Positions 51,322-64,000 of a DNA stretch of 64,000 nt are shown piece after piece. How positions within the stretch are numbered: position 1 is the first letter of the stretch; each line of letters begins with the position of its first letter. The DNA is from Octopus sinensis (Eukaryota), in contig NC_043021.1 of assembly GCF_006345805.1 (NCBI RefSeq), positions 6,696,001 to 6,760,000 of the forward strand, written 5' to 3'. A model generated the notes under the pieces. That model was not told the DNA's origin, did no database searches, and was given only the letters and a program-made list of their open reading frames with translations. Position numbers and translations under genes: made by a program.

Positions 51322-51961
51322 ATAGGTGCCAGTGCTGCATAAAAGCACCCGTGTTGATGCCATGTAAAAGTGTCCATGCTGGTGTCATGTCAAAAAAAAG
51401 CACCCATGCCACTATCACATAAAGGTACTAAATTAAAAACACCCAGTACATTTGGTAAAGTGGTTGGTGTTAGGAAGGGCATCTAGCCATATCAACCATA
51501 CCAAAACAGACAAATGGAGCCCAGGGAAGCTCCCCAGCTGGCCGGCTCCTGTCAAACTGTCCAACCCATGCCAGCATGGTGAATAGACGTTAAATGATGA
51601 TGGTTACGAGAGTAGGGGGTACGTTTGTGCATATGTTTGTGTTGATATCATGGTCGTAAACAAGCATCACCGTCATACAGGTGGTGTTGTTCATTTCCAG
51701 TCTTCCATGAAAACATTTCTGGTCATGGGGAGAATGTTACCTTACTGGGAAATAGATAAATGTTGGCAACAGGGAGAGCATCCAGCCCGTAGGAAATCTA
51801 CTTCAACAAGTTCTGCCTGACCCATGCAAACATGGAAAAAAAGTGGATGTTAAATGATGGTGATGATGTTGGTGTTGTTTTATAATGGTATTGACAATTA
51901 TTTATTTTTCAATATACGTCTTCCTTTGTCTCTTCTATAACGGATATTCTATTGATTTCAG

Positions 51962-52053
51962 GTCTCAACTCACCAAATCGATATTCTAATGTTGTTCCTA
52001 TGGTTACACAAGCTCATCAAACACTACAACTGCAACCACAGATTATGTCACAG
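51962..52053 (+). CDS. HIPK2: HIPK exon: (G)LNSPNRYSNVVPMVTQAHQTLQLQPQIMSQ
   Basis: TTTCAG acceptor, GTAATA donor, 92 nt, phase 1/0; resembles the HIPK N.VP.VTQA...LQ.QP motif. Confidence 0.9.
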
Positions 52054-52057
52054 GTAA

Positions 52058-52097
<40 letters not shown>

Positions 52098-52616
52098 TCC
52101 TTGCTAATATATTTTGTACTAGCCACGTGTCTACATATTAGCCATCTTCCCATCTATACTCTATTTGAGCCAACAATGGAACCTCAAGATAGTCACTCAA
52201 TCTGTAAATGCAATCAAATCTTCACCCTATCGTTTGTCTTTTTTTGTCGAAGAAAAAATAAATAAAACCATTCCTAGTCACACGTGGTGGCTCTTCTTAC
52301 AGTTAACATCTCAACTTATCAATGGACACACTATGAAATTTGTTGTTTAGCCCCAGATATTCTCTGCTCAAAAAGAACCATGACCAAAGGCATTCTAAAC
52401 ATGACCATTTCACATTCTATCCAAATGTATCTAGAACTGCACTATCCAGTGTGTCCGTTTCTTCACAGACCCTTTTTTCTTTTTATTGCTGGAGCATGGA
52501 AGAAAGTACCCATGTTAGTTGTTAGCTGTCAAAACACTACACTACATCCTTCAAAACTTCCATGTTTCCTGAAATTTGCCAATGATACACCTGATGTCCT
52601 CCACCCCGTTTTCTTC

Positions 52617-52845
52617 TTAACCCTTTCGTTACCAACCAGGCCAAAACCGCCTCTGGCTCTGAAGTACAAATGTCTTGTTTTCATAAGTTTTGAATTAAAA
52701 TCTTCCACCAAACCTTAGTCACAATTTATGTTCCTGACACTAGCTTAATGATAACCAAGTTATTTTACTAAATTCTTTGTTATATTTAAGATAATTAAAA
52801 GAAACACAGAGCATCTCAAAATAAATTTGGTAACAAAAGGGTTAA
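52617..52845. mobile_element. piggyBac-type MITE family 2
   Basis: TTAA-CCCTTTCGTTACC...GGTAACAAAAGGG-TTAA; the interior is unrelated to family 1. Confidence 0.82.
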
Positions 52846-53686
52846 AAACTTATTCACTGTTCACTTCCTGTGCATATTCTATGTACTGTTCATGCCTTAT
52901 TGGTTACTTTTTCTAATGAACTGTAGTATACTTAATCACTGCATACAGTAATTTCATTATTATTATTTTATCATTATCTATAACAATGTGATTGTCATTT
53001 AGGTGCAGTGAATATTCACTTCAAAAATAAAAAGGGCTAATTAATCTCTTCTCGAGTGTAATGATATAAGGATCAACGGTTACTGGGCCTAAACAATAAT
53101 CACATAGTTAAACCCAGATCAACCCTGATTGAGCAACAAACTAGTAGAAATCAAAAGTATGTGAAGGGAGATTTGGCTATTAATTCTAGTAGATTCAATG
53201 ATCCCTTATAGGCTCACTTTTTTTATGAGTTTCAACTAAGTAGAACGGAAAAAAAATTAGAAAAAATTTCAATCAATAAATAATGTAGAAACAATTGTCT
53301 TCTCTTTGAGTTTGACTACATTGAATGGGAGTATAATAATATTTAGTCTGTCACATCAAGACTTATTACAAACAGTGAAGGCTGAGGTTTAAGTTGTTAT
53401 AACGACTGTGTGAGAGCATGTGAATATTTGTATCTCCTTGTGATCTTGCTTTATTGTTGTGAATAAATGTCATTCATTTCCAATATTCTTTGAAAATGTA
53501 TGTCTGGCCAGGGGCAAAATATCATCTTGCTTGGAAACAAGGTAAGGGTTGGCAATGGGCAGGGCATTTGGTTGCAGAAACCTCACCTCAATAAACTCTC
53601 GGCTGACCCATGCACACACGAAAGAGAGGGTTTTAAAATGATGATGATGATGATATATTTAATACGATCTCGGTTTATCTTTACAG

Positions 53687-53749
53687 ACTGTCACCACCCA
53701 ACATCTAACGCCGGTCATCGACAGGGGTCGTGGTCAAGTGTTCATGACG
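53687..53749 (+). CDS. HIPK2: Candidate in-frame 63-nt HIPK exon: TVTTQHLTPVIDRGRGQVFMT
   Basis: TTTATCTTTACAG acceptor and G|GTAAGT donor; 21 codons, no stop, phase 0/0 matching both neighbours. No homology recognised, so it may be an alternative exon. Confidence 0.7.
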
Positions 53750-53824
53750 GTAAGTTATTTCACTCTAACAAATCTTCTTTCAGCATCTCTTCCCTTATCT
53801 GTCTCTGTTTGGTCCTAAAATATT

Positions 53825-54222
53825 TTGAAGACGCTCGACCTTTATTCTCTAGAAAAACGCCGCCGCCATGGTGATCTCATTCTCACTCACAACATCATAA
53901 GCAGAAAGTGTAACCTTTCGAAAGAGCTGTTCTTCACTCCTGCTCCAGAGCGTCGGCTGCGGGGTCACTCCGAAAAGCTCTATCTGCGACGATTTCATCT
54001 CAGTCGAAGGAGAGGGGCTTTCTCCGTCCGGGTTGCGGATCCGTGGAATAAGCTGCCGGACAAGATAGTGAAGATGCCAACGACTGCTCAGTTCAAATTC
54101 TCTCTTGACCAGAAATGGCCTGAACTCTTTGCATGAACACCCTCCCTGTACATAACTCCATGTCCCCCTACATGGCCTTGCTTTTTGCTTTTTGAGCCAA
54201 AAAATTAACTTAACTGAACTAA
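53825..54222 (+). mobile_element. CR1/L2-group LINE 3' fragment
   Basis: LDLYSLEKRRRHGDLI...RLRGHSEKL...RRGAFSVRVADPWNKLP...FKFSLD, a typical CR1 RT C-terminus; short UTR ending in an AACT-type repeat. Confidence 0.85.
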
Positions 54223-54287
54223 ATGCTGCATACATTGAATGTGTTAACTTACACTGAACTTTGTATCGAGTCATCTGTCTTTCTCTA

Positions 54288-54668
54288 GGAGCACTCCGTC
54301 GGTTACAACGACGAGGGTTCCGGTTGATCCGATCAACGGAACAGCCTGCTCGTGAAATTAACATGTAAGTGGCTGAGCACTCCACAGACACGTGAACCCT
54401 TAACGTAGTTCTCGGGGATATTCAGCGTGACACAGAGAGTGACAAGGCCGGCCCTTTGAAATACAGGTACAACAGAAACAGGAAGTAAGAGTGAGAGAAA
54501 GTTGTGGTGAAAGAGTACAGCAGGGATCACCACCATCCCTGCCGGAGCCTCGTGGAGCTTTTAGGTGTTTTCGCTCAATAAACACTCACAACGCCCGGTC
54601 TGGCAATCGAAACCCCGATCCTACGACCGCGAGTCCGCTGCCCTAACCACTGGGCCATTGCGCCTCCA
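54288..54668 (-). mobile_element. tRNA-Arg(TCG)-like SINE with 13-bp target-site duplication
   Basis: Head tggaggcgcaatggcccagtggttagggcagcggactcgcggtc...gtttcgattg; TSD CTGTCTTTCTCTA at 54275-54287 and 54669-54681. tRNA-Arg-derived OR SINEs are known from octopus; the family assignment was not verified. Confidence 0.85.
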
Positions 54669-54765
54669 CTGTCTTTCTCTACACATATTCTCACTAATAT
54701 TTACAAAATCAAAACTCAATTTAACATGTTCACGTAATTAATTTGCCATTGCTCTTCTTTTACAG

Positions 54766-54987
54766 AATGCACCTATGAATTCCTGGCATGGAAACAGACA
54801 GGTAGTGGTGAGTTCTTGGCCACAGCAAATCCCAGCTTTAACTTCCCAAAGATCTATTCAGCAACCTGCCGCCACTGCTGTCATTCCCGACACTCTACCC
54901 ACTCAGGCTGTCTCCGATAGCTGGCGCCGTTCAATTGTATTGGCAGGAGAAGATCTTGAGCAAGCGCCACCTGCAGTGGTACCCTTG
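54766..54987 (+). CDS. HIPK2: HIPK exon: NAPMNSWHGNRQVVVSSWPQQIPALTSQRSIQQPAATAVIPDTLPTQAVSDSWRRSIVLAGEDLEQAPPAVVPL
   Basis: CTTCTTTTACAG acceptor, GTATGC donor, 222 nt, phase 0/0; W..W.Q, VIP.T and W.R motifs as in the HIPK interaction domain. The donor position is less certain. Confidence 0.85.
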
Positions 54988-56429
54988 GTATGCTGTTGTT
55001 GTTATTTAAAATATATCACTTTTTGTCTCTATTCCCTGCATATTGAAAATTATCCACTTCTATTTGTTTCTCACTGAATCTATGATAAATCGGTCCAGAA
55101 AGATAGTCTTTTATTAGCCTCTGAACAAGTCTTAATGATATTAATTGTAATGTTTATATATACATATTTTCTACTTCTTGTTAATTGGGTTTGTTTTATT
55201 TATTCCACTAATTAATCAAATTTTTTTTTTTGGTCACCTATTAAGTAAAATGCAATTTTGTCTATAATTCTAAACTATGTTTTAATTTGTCAGTTATTTT
55301 TAGTCAAGAAGTGTTGTATACATTTAGGTCCAACCAGGTCCCAAGTGTTGCACATTTAGGTTCGTCCAAGCCCCATTTGTTACCTATTTACGTCCATAAA
55401 GAATTTCAATATAACTAAAATGTTCTTTCTATTTTATCAAACTATAAATACCTACTCACACATCCACACACACCCTAACAAACTCGTAAACTATTTATAT
55501 GTATGTATGTATGTATGTATGTATAAAGCATTCTAGTTGTGTGTGTGTGTGTGTATATCAGAAGGCTTCTATCTGGAATATAAGGTATCTTTTCTCTCAC
55601 AGAATAAAATAATTTATCCCAGCCTGGGAACTTATTTGCTGATAGAGGCTATGACTAATGTTGCTATTATCATTTTTTTTTATTCTACTGTTAGTTTCCC
55701 CACTATATTTGTCTGTACTTCTGCCTCTCTTGTTCTTCATTTTGCTTGAAATCTCAGCAAAATAAAGACCTATTCTGTCTAGTGTCAACTGCTGGAATTG
55801 AATCGCCATAAAAGAAGTCAACCTAGGTAACAGGGAAGTCTTGTTTCATCACAAAACTTGTTAAAAATAAGTTGTTTGTGTTTCTTTAACCCTTTAGTGT
55901 TTAAACCGTCCATATCCGGCCCAAATAATCTACCTGTTTTCTGTTAAAACTGCCCAGATTTGGTATCTCACACCAACCTCTAATGTCAATCTAAAAACAG
56001 GTGATAACATCATCGAAATCTTGAGGCTACGAAATAATGCATGATTAGCTTAAAACAATATGGATGAATAAATATTATATTTGACAGAATAATCTGAATG
56101 CTAAAGGGTTAAAGAAAGAAATGAATTAAGTGCAAGAGACTTGCCCGACAAATAACAATCGGATCAGTGTTGCTCCAGCAGATCTATACAAGCAATGGTG
56201 ATCCAGCCATGACCATTATGTCTTTTCCTTTATATATAAGGGACCACATTGTCCAATGTATCTTCTTTTTTAAAAAAAGTCAGGTGTGATTTGAGGGAGC
56301 TTTGACTTTTGTTTCAAGCAAGTCAACTAACCAAGTAGAGAGTGAAAACACTTCTCATCCAGGCTTGTGATATAAAAAGTAGTAAGTAAAGTAAAGTCTC
56401 TAGCTGGTGACTGGAGTGGGAGGCTGTCC

Positions 56430-56745
56430 TCTCGACTAATGTATTGCATGGGTGCGGCTGGATGGTGGACTCTGGTAATGATGTTATTCCACGCTGTCCG
56501 ATCCATGGCGCTGGCCTTAACATGCTTGAGGTTGATGTGCTGCGAATTCAAGACTTCCTCAATTTGTTTCGCCCATGTCTTCTTTGGTGTGCTGCACTGG
56601 ATTCTTTAGTGCATGTGTCGCTGGTCTTCCAGTGCCCATCCTCCTGATGTGGCCAAACCACTGTAGCTTCTGCTGCTGAACTCGGTCTTCAATGGTCAGC
56701 TGTTGCTGGCATTGTTCTCATCCGCTGTTGTTTGAGATTCAGTAG
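56430..56745 (-). mobile_element. RTE/RTE-X-like LINE 3' fragment, degenerate
   Basis: The minus strand encodes ...QQKLQWFGHIRR...PKKTWAKQIEEVLNSQHINLKHVKASAMDRTAWNNII, with frameshifts. Confidence 0.7.
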
Positions 56746-56955
56746 TGTAGAGAGACATCAAGGCTCTGACAAAGTCACCACATTTCTAATAACATGATAT
56801 AATAGACTTAAGTCATCATCATCATCATCAACATGCCTGTTTTTCCATGTTTTTTTTTTATGGTGTTGTAGAACTGAGTATCCCTGTTTGTCCCGTGTTG
56901 TTGTTTGTGAGGTTCAATATGCTGAAATCTCAACACACCACATCTTCCACTCTCT

Positions 56956-56990
<35 letters not shown>

Positions 56991-57473
56991 GATTGACACC
57001 TGTAGCTGAACTCTTCATTGTTAGCCTTCAGCACTTTTAGTTACATTCACGACCCTACATTTGTATTTGCTTCTACATACATCAGGTATGACTCTTTGGT
57101 TTAAAAGCATCTTTCCTAACCATGTAGATTTGGGTTCAGTCCCACTGCATGGCACACTTGGACAAGTGTCTTCTACTATAGCCCTGGGCCAAACAAAGCC
57201 TTAAGAGAAATTTGGTAGACAGAAACTGGAAGAAGCCTATTGTGTGTGTTTGTGTATCCTTTGTTTTGATATCCTTGTTTTGTCATTATGTGATGGCTAC
57301 AAAAGAGCATCATCATCATATAAGCAATGTTATTCATTTCCTGTCCCTTATGGAAAATATGTCTGGCCATGGGGTAATAGTACCTTACCTGGATGCAGGT
57401 GAACATTGGTGACAGGAAAGGCAATTGGCTTTAGAAAGTCTGCCCCAACAAATACCATCTGATGCATGGTAAA

Positions 57474-57693
57474 AGGCCGCGAGCTGGCAGAAACGTTAGC
57501 ACGCCGGGCGAAATGCTTAGCAGTATTTCGTCTGCCGCTACATTCTGAGTTCAAATTCCGCTGAGGTCGACTTTGCCTTTCATCCTTTCGGGGTCGATTA
57601 AATAAGTACCAGTTATGTACTGGGGTCGATGTAATCGATGTAGTCCCTTTGTCTGTCCTTGTTTGTCCCCAGCCCCTTGTGGGCAATAAAGAA
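57474..57693 (+). mobile_element. SINE family B
   Basis: Aligns to 4109-4331. Confidence 0.88.
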
Positions 57694-59862
57694 TTGCATG
57701 GTAAAATGAACATTAAATGATAATGATGTTGGCATCAGCTGTTGTTTTTAATGCCTGCTATTTTCTTGACCCTTCCTTCCTCTCGTTTCTCTACTTTCAC
57801 TGTCCACTTTCAACACTAATTAAATCATCAAGGGTACAGAAGCTATTAACTATGTCCATTAAATCACTTGAGTAACCCATGGTGTTCGTTTTATGGATAC
57901 TCCTACTGCTAGTTACTCTTCAACATTTTGTGCATCTACAGACTTGGTTCTCTGTTAATACACCCATGATCCCCACCACATATTTAGTGTATCCATTGTT
58001 TACACTGAGTACACTGTATCAAGTACCTTGCAGATCAAGCAGAGATGGCACTCAGATGTCTTTCTGTTTTCTATGAACTCCTACTTTGACTTTCATTGAC
58101 TCTTTCTTAATGCTAACCACTTTATGTGGCACCGACAACTGTGAAGGACAAGCTAGTACATGTGGATGACAGTGATATTAAGACATGTCAAGCGAAGAAA
58201 ATATTGCTCTCGTCCATACATTCGGGCTTGTCTTTTACAGGTGTTGGTGCCACATAGCAAAAAGCACCAAGCACACTCTAGGAAGGGCATCCAGCTGTAG
58301 AAATCAAGCCATGACAGACAGTTGGAATCTGGGCAGCTCCTGTCAAACCGTTCAACCCATGCCAACATGGAAAGGATGTGAAATGTTGATGAGGATGGAA
58401 CTTTGCTTGGTCTTTAACTATGTTGACTTTTGGAGTCTTGACCATTCTTCCAGCTTTGCAACCATGTGGCTTCTGATCAGCCAGTTCTAGCAGACTTATG
58501 ATCAAAGGTATATCCACTTTGAGGGTTACTGAGGATTACATTACCTTAGGTGTCATTTTTCCCCTTTTTTTATTATTGGATGATGGGATATAATTTGAGG
58601 GTGAGGGAAATTTGATTGTTATTGTCCCACATGTAAAATGTCCTACATATTCAAATCAGAAACTGTCCATTATCAGAGTTCTCTAAGACCCCTTATACAA
58701 AAAAATAAATAAAATTTGTTGAAGCTTTTAATAACCAAAACAATGATTGGATAAAAATGGCTTTCAACTGTCCATAAGGTTATTCAATGCATTATAATTT
58801 ATCTGGTTAATTAATACATAATGATATTTTGCTTAATGTGTGATTGCATGCATATCTCTGAATCTGTAAATTTGAAGATAGATTATTTTTGTCAGTGGCT
58901 CCCTCTATTGGATTTGCTGTGTGAATGTTTCTGCTTGACTTGCAGAGGATTCAATTTTGTTGTCAGCACATTATAGTAAATGGACTGTTGAGTTGCAAAT
59001 GCAGACACTGTGTTGGCTGTGTGTGTGTGTGTGGTTTTGGGAGTTGAAATAAATGACTCATAGTACATATGACTGGCCATGCAATTGTTAGCACTCAACT
59101 CATGTGAAAAACCTTCTAGTTTTCAACAAGTGAACGATGTTAAATATTCTCAGTTAACAACAGAAAAGGATTTTTTTTATAGGATGTGAGGAAGTGTGTA
59201 ATAGAACTCTCTCTCTCTCTCTCTCTATACACACACACACACACTCAGTGCTGTGTGTCCCACACACACTTAACAAGAAAACTTCTCACACACTCTACCA
59301 CAACCAGCCAAACTATGTCTCTACATATCTTCTCTTCCTCACATTTCTGCTTCATACACTATGCTTACTTCCCCCTCCACACTTTTTTCGTGATATCCTG
59401 CCACTTATATTGTGGTGTTCCGAACCTCAAGGTTATGCCCTGGCACTTGTCACCATCTATATCTCTCTCTTCCTTTACTCAACCATCTCAATTATATTCT
59501 GATCCCTGTCCCTTTTGAGTATGCCTGGCACTTTGCCACCATCTCTGTCCTGCTGTCTCCTGCCTTCTCTATCCTTTTTCTTCACTTCCCTCTGCTTGGG
59601 TAACCATATATCTCCTCAGCAGTAGTGCACCTGTGTTTTCTCTTCAATCCTGATCTCTCTCTCTCTCTCCGGCCAGGGCATCCTTGTACTTCCTCTACAA
59701 CAAGACACCTGTTTCTGTCTCTCTGTCTCATTATAACCTTTCATCACCTTACTCAAGATCACCTCGTCTAATGCCCTTCCCCTCTTGAAAGTTTTTTTTC
59801 TGGTGCCACAAAAAAGAAATACCCAGTACACACTGTAGAAGTGTGGTTGATATTAGGACTTG

Positions 59863-59961
59863 ACTTGAGCAGCTCAATTCATCCTCAATGCTGCATCTCT
59901 CACAAACGCTGACCAGGCCTGGCGATTTGAGGCTAACGACCGCATGATCTCCAACCACTCC
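59863..59961 (-). mobile_element. Short second copy of the 778-1262 RTE 3' end
   Basis: The reverse complement aligns to about 1125-1225 (gagatca...gttagcctcaa.tcgccagg.ctggtcagcgtttgtgagagatgcagcattgaggatgaat). Confidence 0.8.
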
Positions 59962-61302
59962 CTATTGTTGGTATTAGGAAGGATATCCAGCTATAGAAAC
60001 CATGCTGAAACTGACATGCTGGAGCAAGAGACCTGGTTCTCTGATCTGGTGGTGGATTCTGTCTAACTGTCCAACTCATGCCAGCATGGAAAGCAGATGT
60101 GAAATGATGATGATGACGACGATGATGATGATGATGAGCAGCATTGTCTTAATACTTGCAGAGGTGTGAAGATCTAAGTTGAGAATAATAACTTACTACA
60201 ACAACAACAACATGCAAATGGTTTTATTGAAGGATTAACATTTGGAGAGAAGGAATACTTTAAGGATTCTCTGCTAAACCTAACCTGAAAATATCTGAAA
60301 AATCACTAGTGGTGGTGGTGGTGGTAGTAGTAATGTACTAATGGCATTAGTTGTGGTATAATGGTGAACGTAGTGGTTTTGGTAGTAGCCATAACCATAG
60401 GTCAAAAATTCATGTCGAATGTAAAATTTTAGTTCGTTTTCTACCTATAACAAATTATCATTACCCCTTTGATCCACCTCCAACTTAAAGCTAATAAGTA
60501 CCTGTGCTATCACCCTGTCCCCTTGTCTGCTAATGAAGATAAGATCGAATTTCTTCCTTCAGCATGTGAATTAATATTATTGTGAAATTAATTTTTAATT
60601 TCTTAATAAATCCTCTTTTTTTTTTTTGTCTGTGAGTCACTAACATAACCACTAGGTTTTTGTTTTCCTTCTCCAATTACACAGCAAATATTAATTAAAC
60701 AAAAATGTGTTTTGTCTGTCTGCCATTGAGTACATCATCCTTTAATTCATTTATGAAAATTCATATCAATGGCCCACTTGAATTACTTCTTTTCGCTTAT
60801 AATTTTTTTTCTCTTCTTAATTATATGCAAGTCTGTGAGACTGTTGGTTTAATCTGATTTGGAAACATAATTGTTCTGCTCTAGTTATTAGATTTTTAAT
60901 TCCCAGTCTTTAGTTCTAAGTATTAATGTTTCTAGATATTAAACAAAAAAAACTTGTTTCACCCTATCACCTAAGTTCTCTCTCTCATGTCTCCACTTCC
61001 CAATCATGTGTCCTCTTGACTTGTGAGTCAATGATCTACAAAATATATGTTTCACCCTCTAATCCTGGCTGCTTCAAGTTTGTTAACCATGCATATCTAC
61101 AATATAGACATTTGTCTGTAATTTGATGTTGTTTGGCTCCAGATCAGTCCAGATCCAGCTGAATTATGATGGAGAATGTTATAAAATAAAATATCTCCAT
61201 TGTTCTATTCAAGTAGTGTGTATTTAGGACTAGATTGTCTAAAGTGTTCTTTATTTTATAAAGATAATTGTGAGATTTGAAAGAGTTTAGAATTAACAAG
61301 CT

Positions 61303-61760
61303 TAGGCACGGCTGTCTGGTAAGAAGCTTGCTTACTTACCACATAGTTCTGGGTTCAGTCCCACTGCATGGCAACTTGGGTAAGTGTCTTCTACTATAGC
61401 CTCAGGCTGACCAAACCCTTGTGAGTGGATTTGGTAGATGGAAACAGAAAGAAGCCCGTTGTATATATGTATAGGAGTGGTTGTGTGGTAAGTAGCTTGC
61501 TTACCAACCACATGGTTCCGGGTTCAGTCCCACTGCATGGCAACTCGGGTAAGTGTCTTCTACTACAGCCTCGGGCTGACCAAACCCTTGTGAGTGGATT
61601 TGGTAGACGGAAACTGAAAGGAGCTTGTCATATATATGTGTGTGTCTGTGTCGCCACCATTGCTTGACAACCGGTGTTGGTGTGTTTACATTCCCACAAC
61701 AAGTACTGGGGTTGATTTCATTGAACTAAAAGTTCTTTAAAGCAGTTCCCCAGTATGGCC
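61303..61760 (+). mobile_element. SINE family A, tandem heads
   Basis: Two consecutive heads and one degenerate tail. Confidence 0.8.
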
Positions 61761-61829
61761 AGAGATATGGTTCTAAATAAACTGAGTGAAAATTAAAAGT
61801 TTGGTTGGCATGAAAGAAGACAGGACTCT

Positions 61830-62440
61830 GCTGCCACCTGGAAAAAGGCCTTGATGCTCAAAGAGCAGAAACTGATTGACAATCCATCCGATGTATTCAT
61901 TGTAAACTGGAGGTACACAAGAGATGCAAAGATACAGAGATGCAGACTTTGTATGTAGATGTACAGAAGTGATTAGCAGCAAGAGAACCTGTAAATTGAA
62001 TTGTTTCAATTTTTCCAGGCAGCTCCTTAGAAGTAGCTGACAGTTTCTGTTGCCCAGAATCAGCAGTAGAAGTGCCCTACCAAAAAAAGCAAGGTAGTCA
62101 AAGTAAAAACGTAGGGGAAAAGTTAAAAGGGGTTGTTGCCTATAAATAAGCAAGGCAACAGAGAGGTTTTCTTTCCAGCAGAATACAAGATGCTTATGTA
62201 CAAAGTGTGGTATTGCATAGTACACTATTATGGATAGGCATTGAATGTGGACAATGTGTAATGTTTGTGTGTGTGTCTCTGTCTCTGTGTTTGTGAATAT
62301 ATGGTTTGGCAAATCAGATCGCAAATTTGCAAAGAAGACATGGAACAAAGTGTCAAAGACTGATCTTAGAAGGTTGAACTCGGAGGAGGTGGCTGCAGCA
62401 GTAGGGGAGAAGCTGTGCTCTAGAAGACTGATATATGGAT
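61830..62440 (+). mobile_element. Highly decayed RTE-type LINE fragment
   Basis: Fragments SIRCIHCKLEVHKRC, DFVCRC, LEVADSF, DAYVQSVVLH and KKTWNKVSKTDLRRL occur in the order expected for an RTE RT C-terminus; many stops and frameshifts. Confidence 0.6.
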
Positions 62441-62454
62441 GATATTCACGTGTA

Positions 62455-62487
<33 letters not shown>

Positions 62488-63047
62488 ATGCTTACTGAAT
62501 TATCAAGCAGGACATCTCAGTGTAGAGAGCATTATATGCAGTGGACAAAAGTGCATTATATACACACACATATATATATATATATATACTGTATATATAT
62601 ATATATAGATACTGTATATTTATATATATATATATACAGTATATATAATTGCTTTCAATTATATAGTTTTGATATTGTTTGCTGTCAGTTAAATGTACTT
62701 TAGAGTTTCTTCTAAAGCCTTCCGCTGTGTGTGTGTGTGTGTGTGTGTGTGCGCGTGTGTGTGTGTGTGTATGTGTGTGTGTGTGTGCAGCTACTAAAAT
62801 ACTAACATTTTGCAACATACCAAACATTCTTTTGTCCACTGTGGAAAAATATTCAGTAATTATAATTAATGATTACAATTATAAATAAATATACAATAAC
62901 TGCTTTCTTATTAAAAGAAAGTGAAAACAGAAACCGACGTCTTTCTCATCCTTTCTCTTTCTCTTTCTCCAAAAGTACTTCCTTCCACTTCCCCGTCTTA
63001 GTCACACACCCCTTACTCTTTCCTCTACTCTTCCCCTCTCTCATTCT

Positions 63048-63105
<58 letters not shown>

Positions 63106-63729
63106 ACCCATGACATCATGAATCATATTTTATTTCATCTTCATTTGCTACTTGTTATGTATGTAATAAGATATGCACTGCTGTGTGTGTGTGTGTGTGT
63201 ATGTGTTTATATGTGTGTGTGTGTGTGTGTAAATGAAAAGTGCGTGTAACAGTTTTCTTTTATTCTGAAATGGCTTAGAATGGCTTGGCATACATTGGAC
63301 GTGTTCTATACATGTGTATATGTGTCCTTTATTTTTCACTGTTGTATAACTGTGAAACGATGTGGACATGGGTGAGAAAAACTATAAGCAAGTGCTTTCA
63401 AAGAAAAACACTTATTAACTTAATTTTTTTAAATTTCGCCCAAGTTTTGTCGACATTCCTTTTAGCTCCTGTTCGGAATCTGTTACTTGTAGGATATAAA
63501 ACGTAAAAAGAAATAATTTGATTAGTCTTTCTACTGTGGCTAAAGTTTGGGTTATCATCATCAACACCACCATCATCATCATCATCATTTAACATCCGTT
63601 TTTCATGTTGGCATGGGTGGGTTGGTTGGTTTGACAGGAGCTGTACCAGGCTCCAATTGTCTCTATGGCTGGATGCCCTTCCTAACGCCAACCACTATAC
63701 AACGTGTACTGGGTGCTACCAGAGCTTTT

Positions 63730-64000
63730 TATGTGACACCAGCACCAGTGCCTTTTACTTGGCACCAGTGCCTTTTATGTGGCACCAGTGCCTTTTACGT
63801 GGCACCAGTGCCTTTTACGTGGCACCAGTGCCTTTTACGTGGCACCAGTGCCTTTTACATGGCACCAGTGCCTTTTACGTGGCACCAGCACCAGTGCCTT
63901 TTATGTGGCACCAGCACCAGTGCCTTTTACGTGGCACCAGCACCAGTGCCTTCTACGTGGCACCAGTATAGTGCTTTTTTACGTGGCATGAGTGCTTTTT
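63730..64000. repeat. 20-bp minisatellite (GTGGCACCAGTGCCTTTTAC)n inside an RTE-tail element
   Basis: About ten head-to-tail units, some with a 6-nt GCACCA duplication; runs to the window end. Confidence 0.92.

Noticed and set aside
57375-57400. U1 snRNA-like ACCTTACCTGG
   Set aside because: The rest of U1 is absent; the sequence is a variant of a dispersed repeat seen at 51730 and 53520.
61870-61930. C1/PKC-like zinc finger RCIHCKLEVHKRC as a host exon
   Set aside because: Flanked by in-frame stops, no splice sites, and neighbouring peptides match a decayed RTE RT.
62925-62945. GAAAC-cgac-GUC hammerhead half
   Set aside because: No CUGANGA and no stem II upstream; the loop is not palindromic.
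63730-64000. CRISPR-like array of palindromic 20-mers (and the motif/spacer pattern at 5266-5511)
   Set aside because: No unique spacers, no cas genes, eukaryotic intron context; the units derive from a LINE UTR or microsatellite slippage.

Overview
Eukaryotic, AT-rich, microsatellite- and SINE-dense DNA; the repeat repertoire points to a coleoid cephalopod, most likely Octopus (inference). The window lies inside one + strand gene for a homeodomain-interacting protein kinase (HIPK/Hipk). Nine GT-AG exons between 6955 and 54987 splice into one open frame (1+1296 nt), covering kinase subdomains VIII-XI and the start of the Q/P/S-rich homeoprotein-interaction region. The 5' and 3' exons lie outside the window, and a 30.8-kb intron interrupts the kinase domain. 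The introns contain an intact tRNA-Gly(TCC), at least four tRNA-derived SINE families, RTE- and CR1-type LINE 3' fragments, TTAA (piggyBac-type) and 8-bp-TSD (hAT-type) MITEs, and nested insertions. The most unusual signal is a set of minimal type I hammerhead ribozyme motifs with palindromic stem III, the Penelope/retrozyme-type fold that cleaves as a dimer. One has a perfect core, is sense to the HIPK pre-mRNA (26161-26241) and sits directly upstream of an 86-bp fold-back hairpin. Three are antisense (40834-40877, 41616-41653, 48116-48150), two of them showing covariation, and further decayed copies exist. Exon coordinates, TSDs and ribozyme cores were counted base by base; outer boundaries of repeats are approximate, and no database search or folding program was run.
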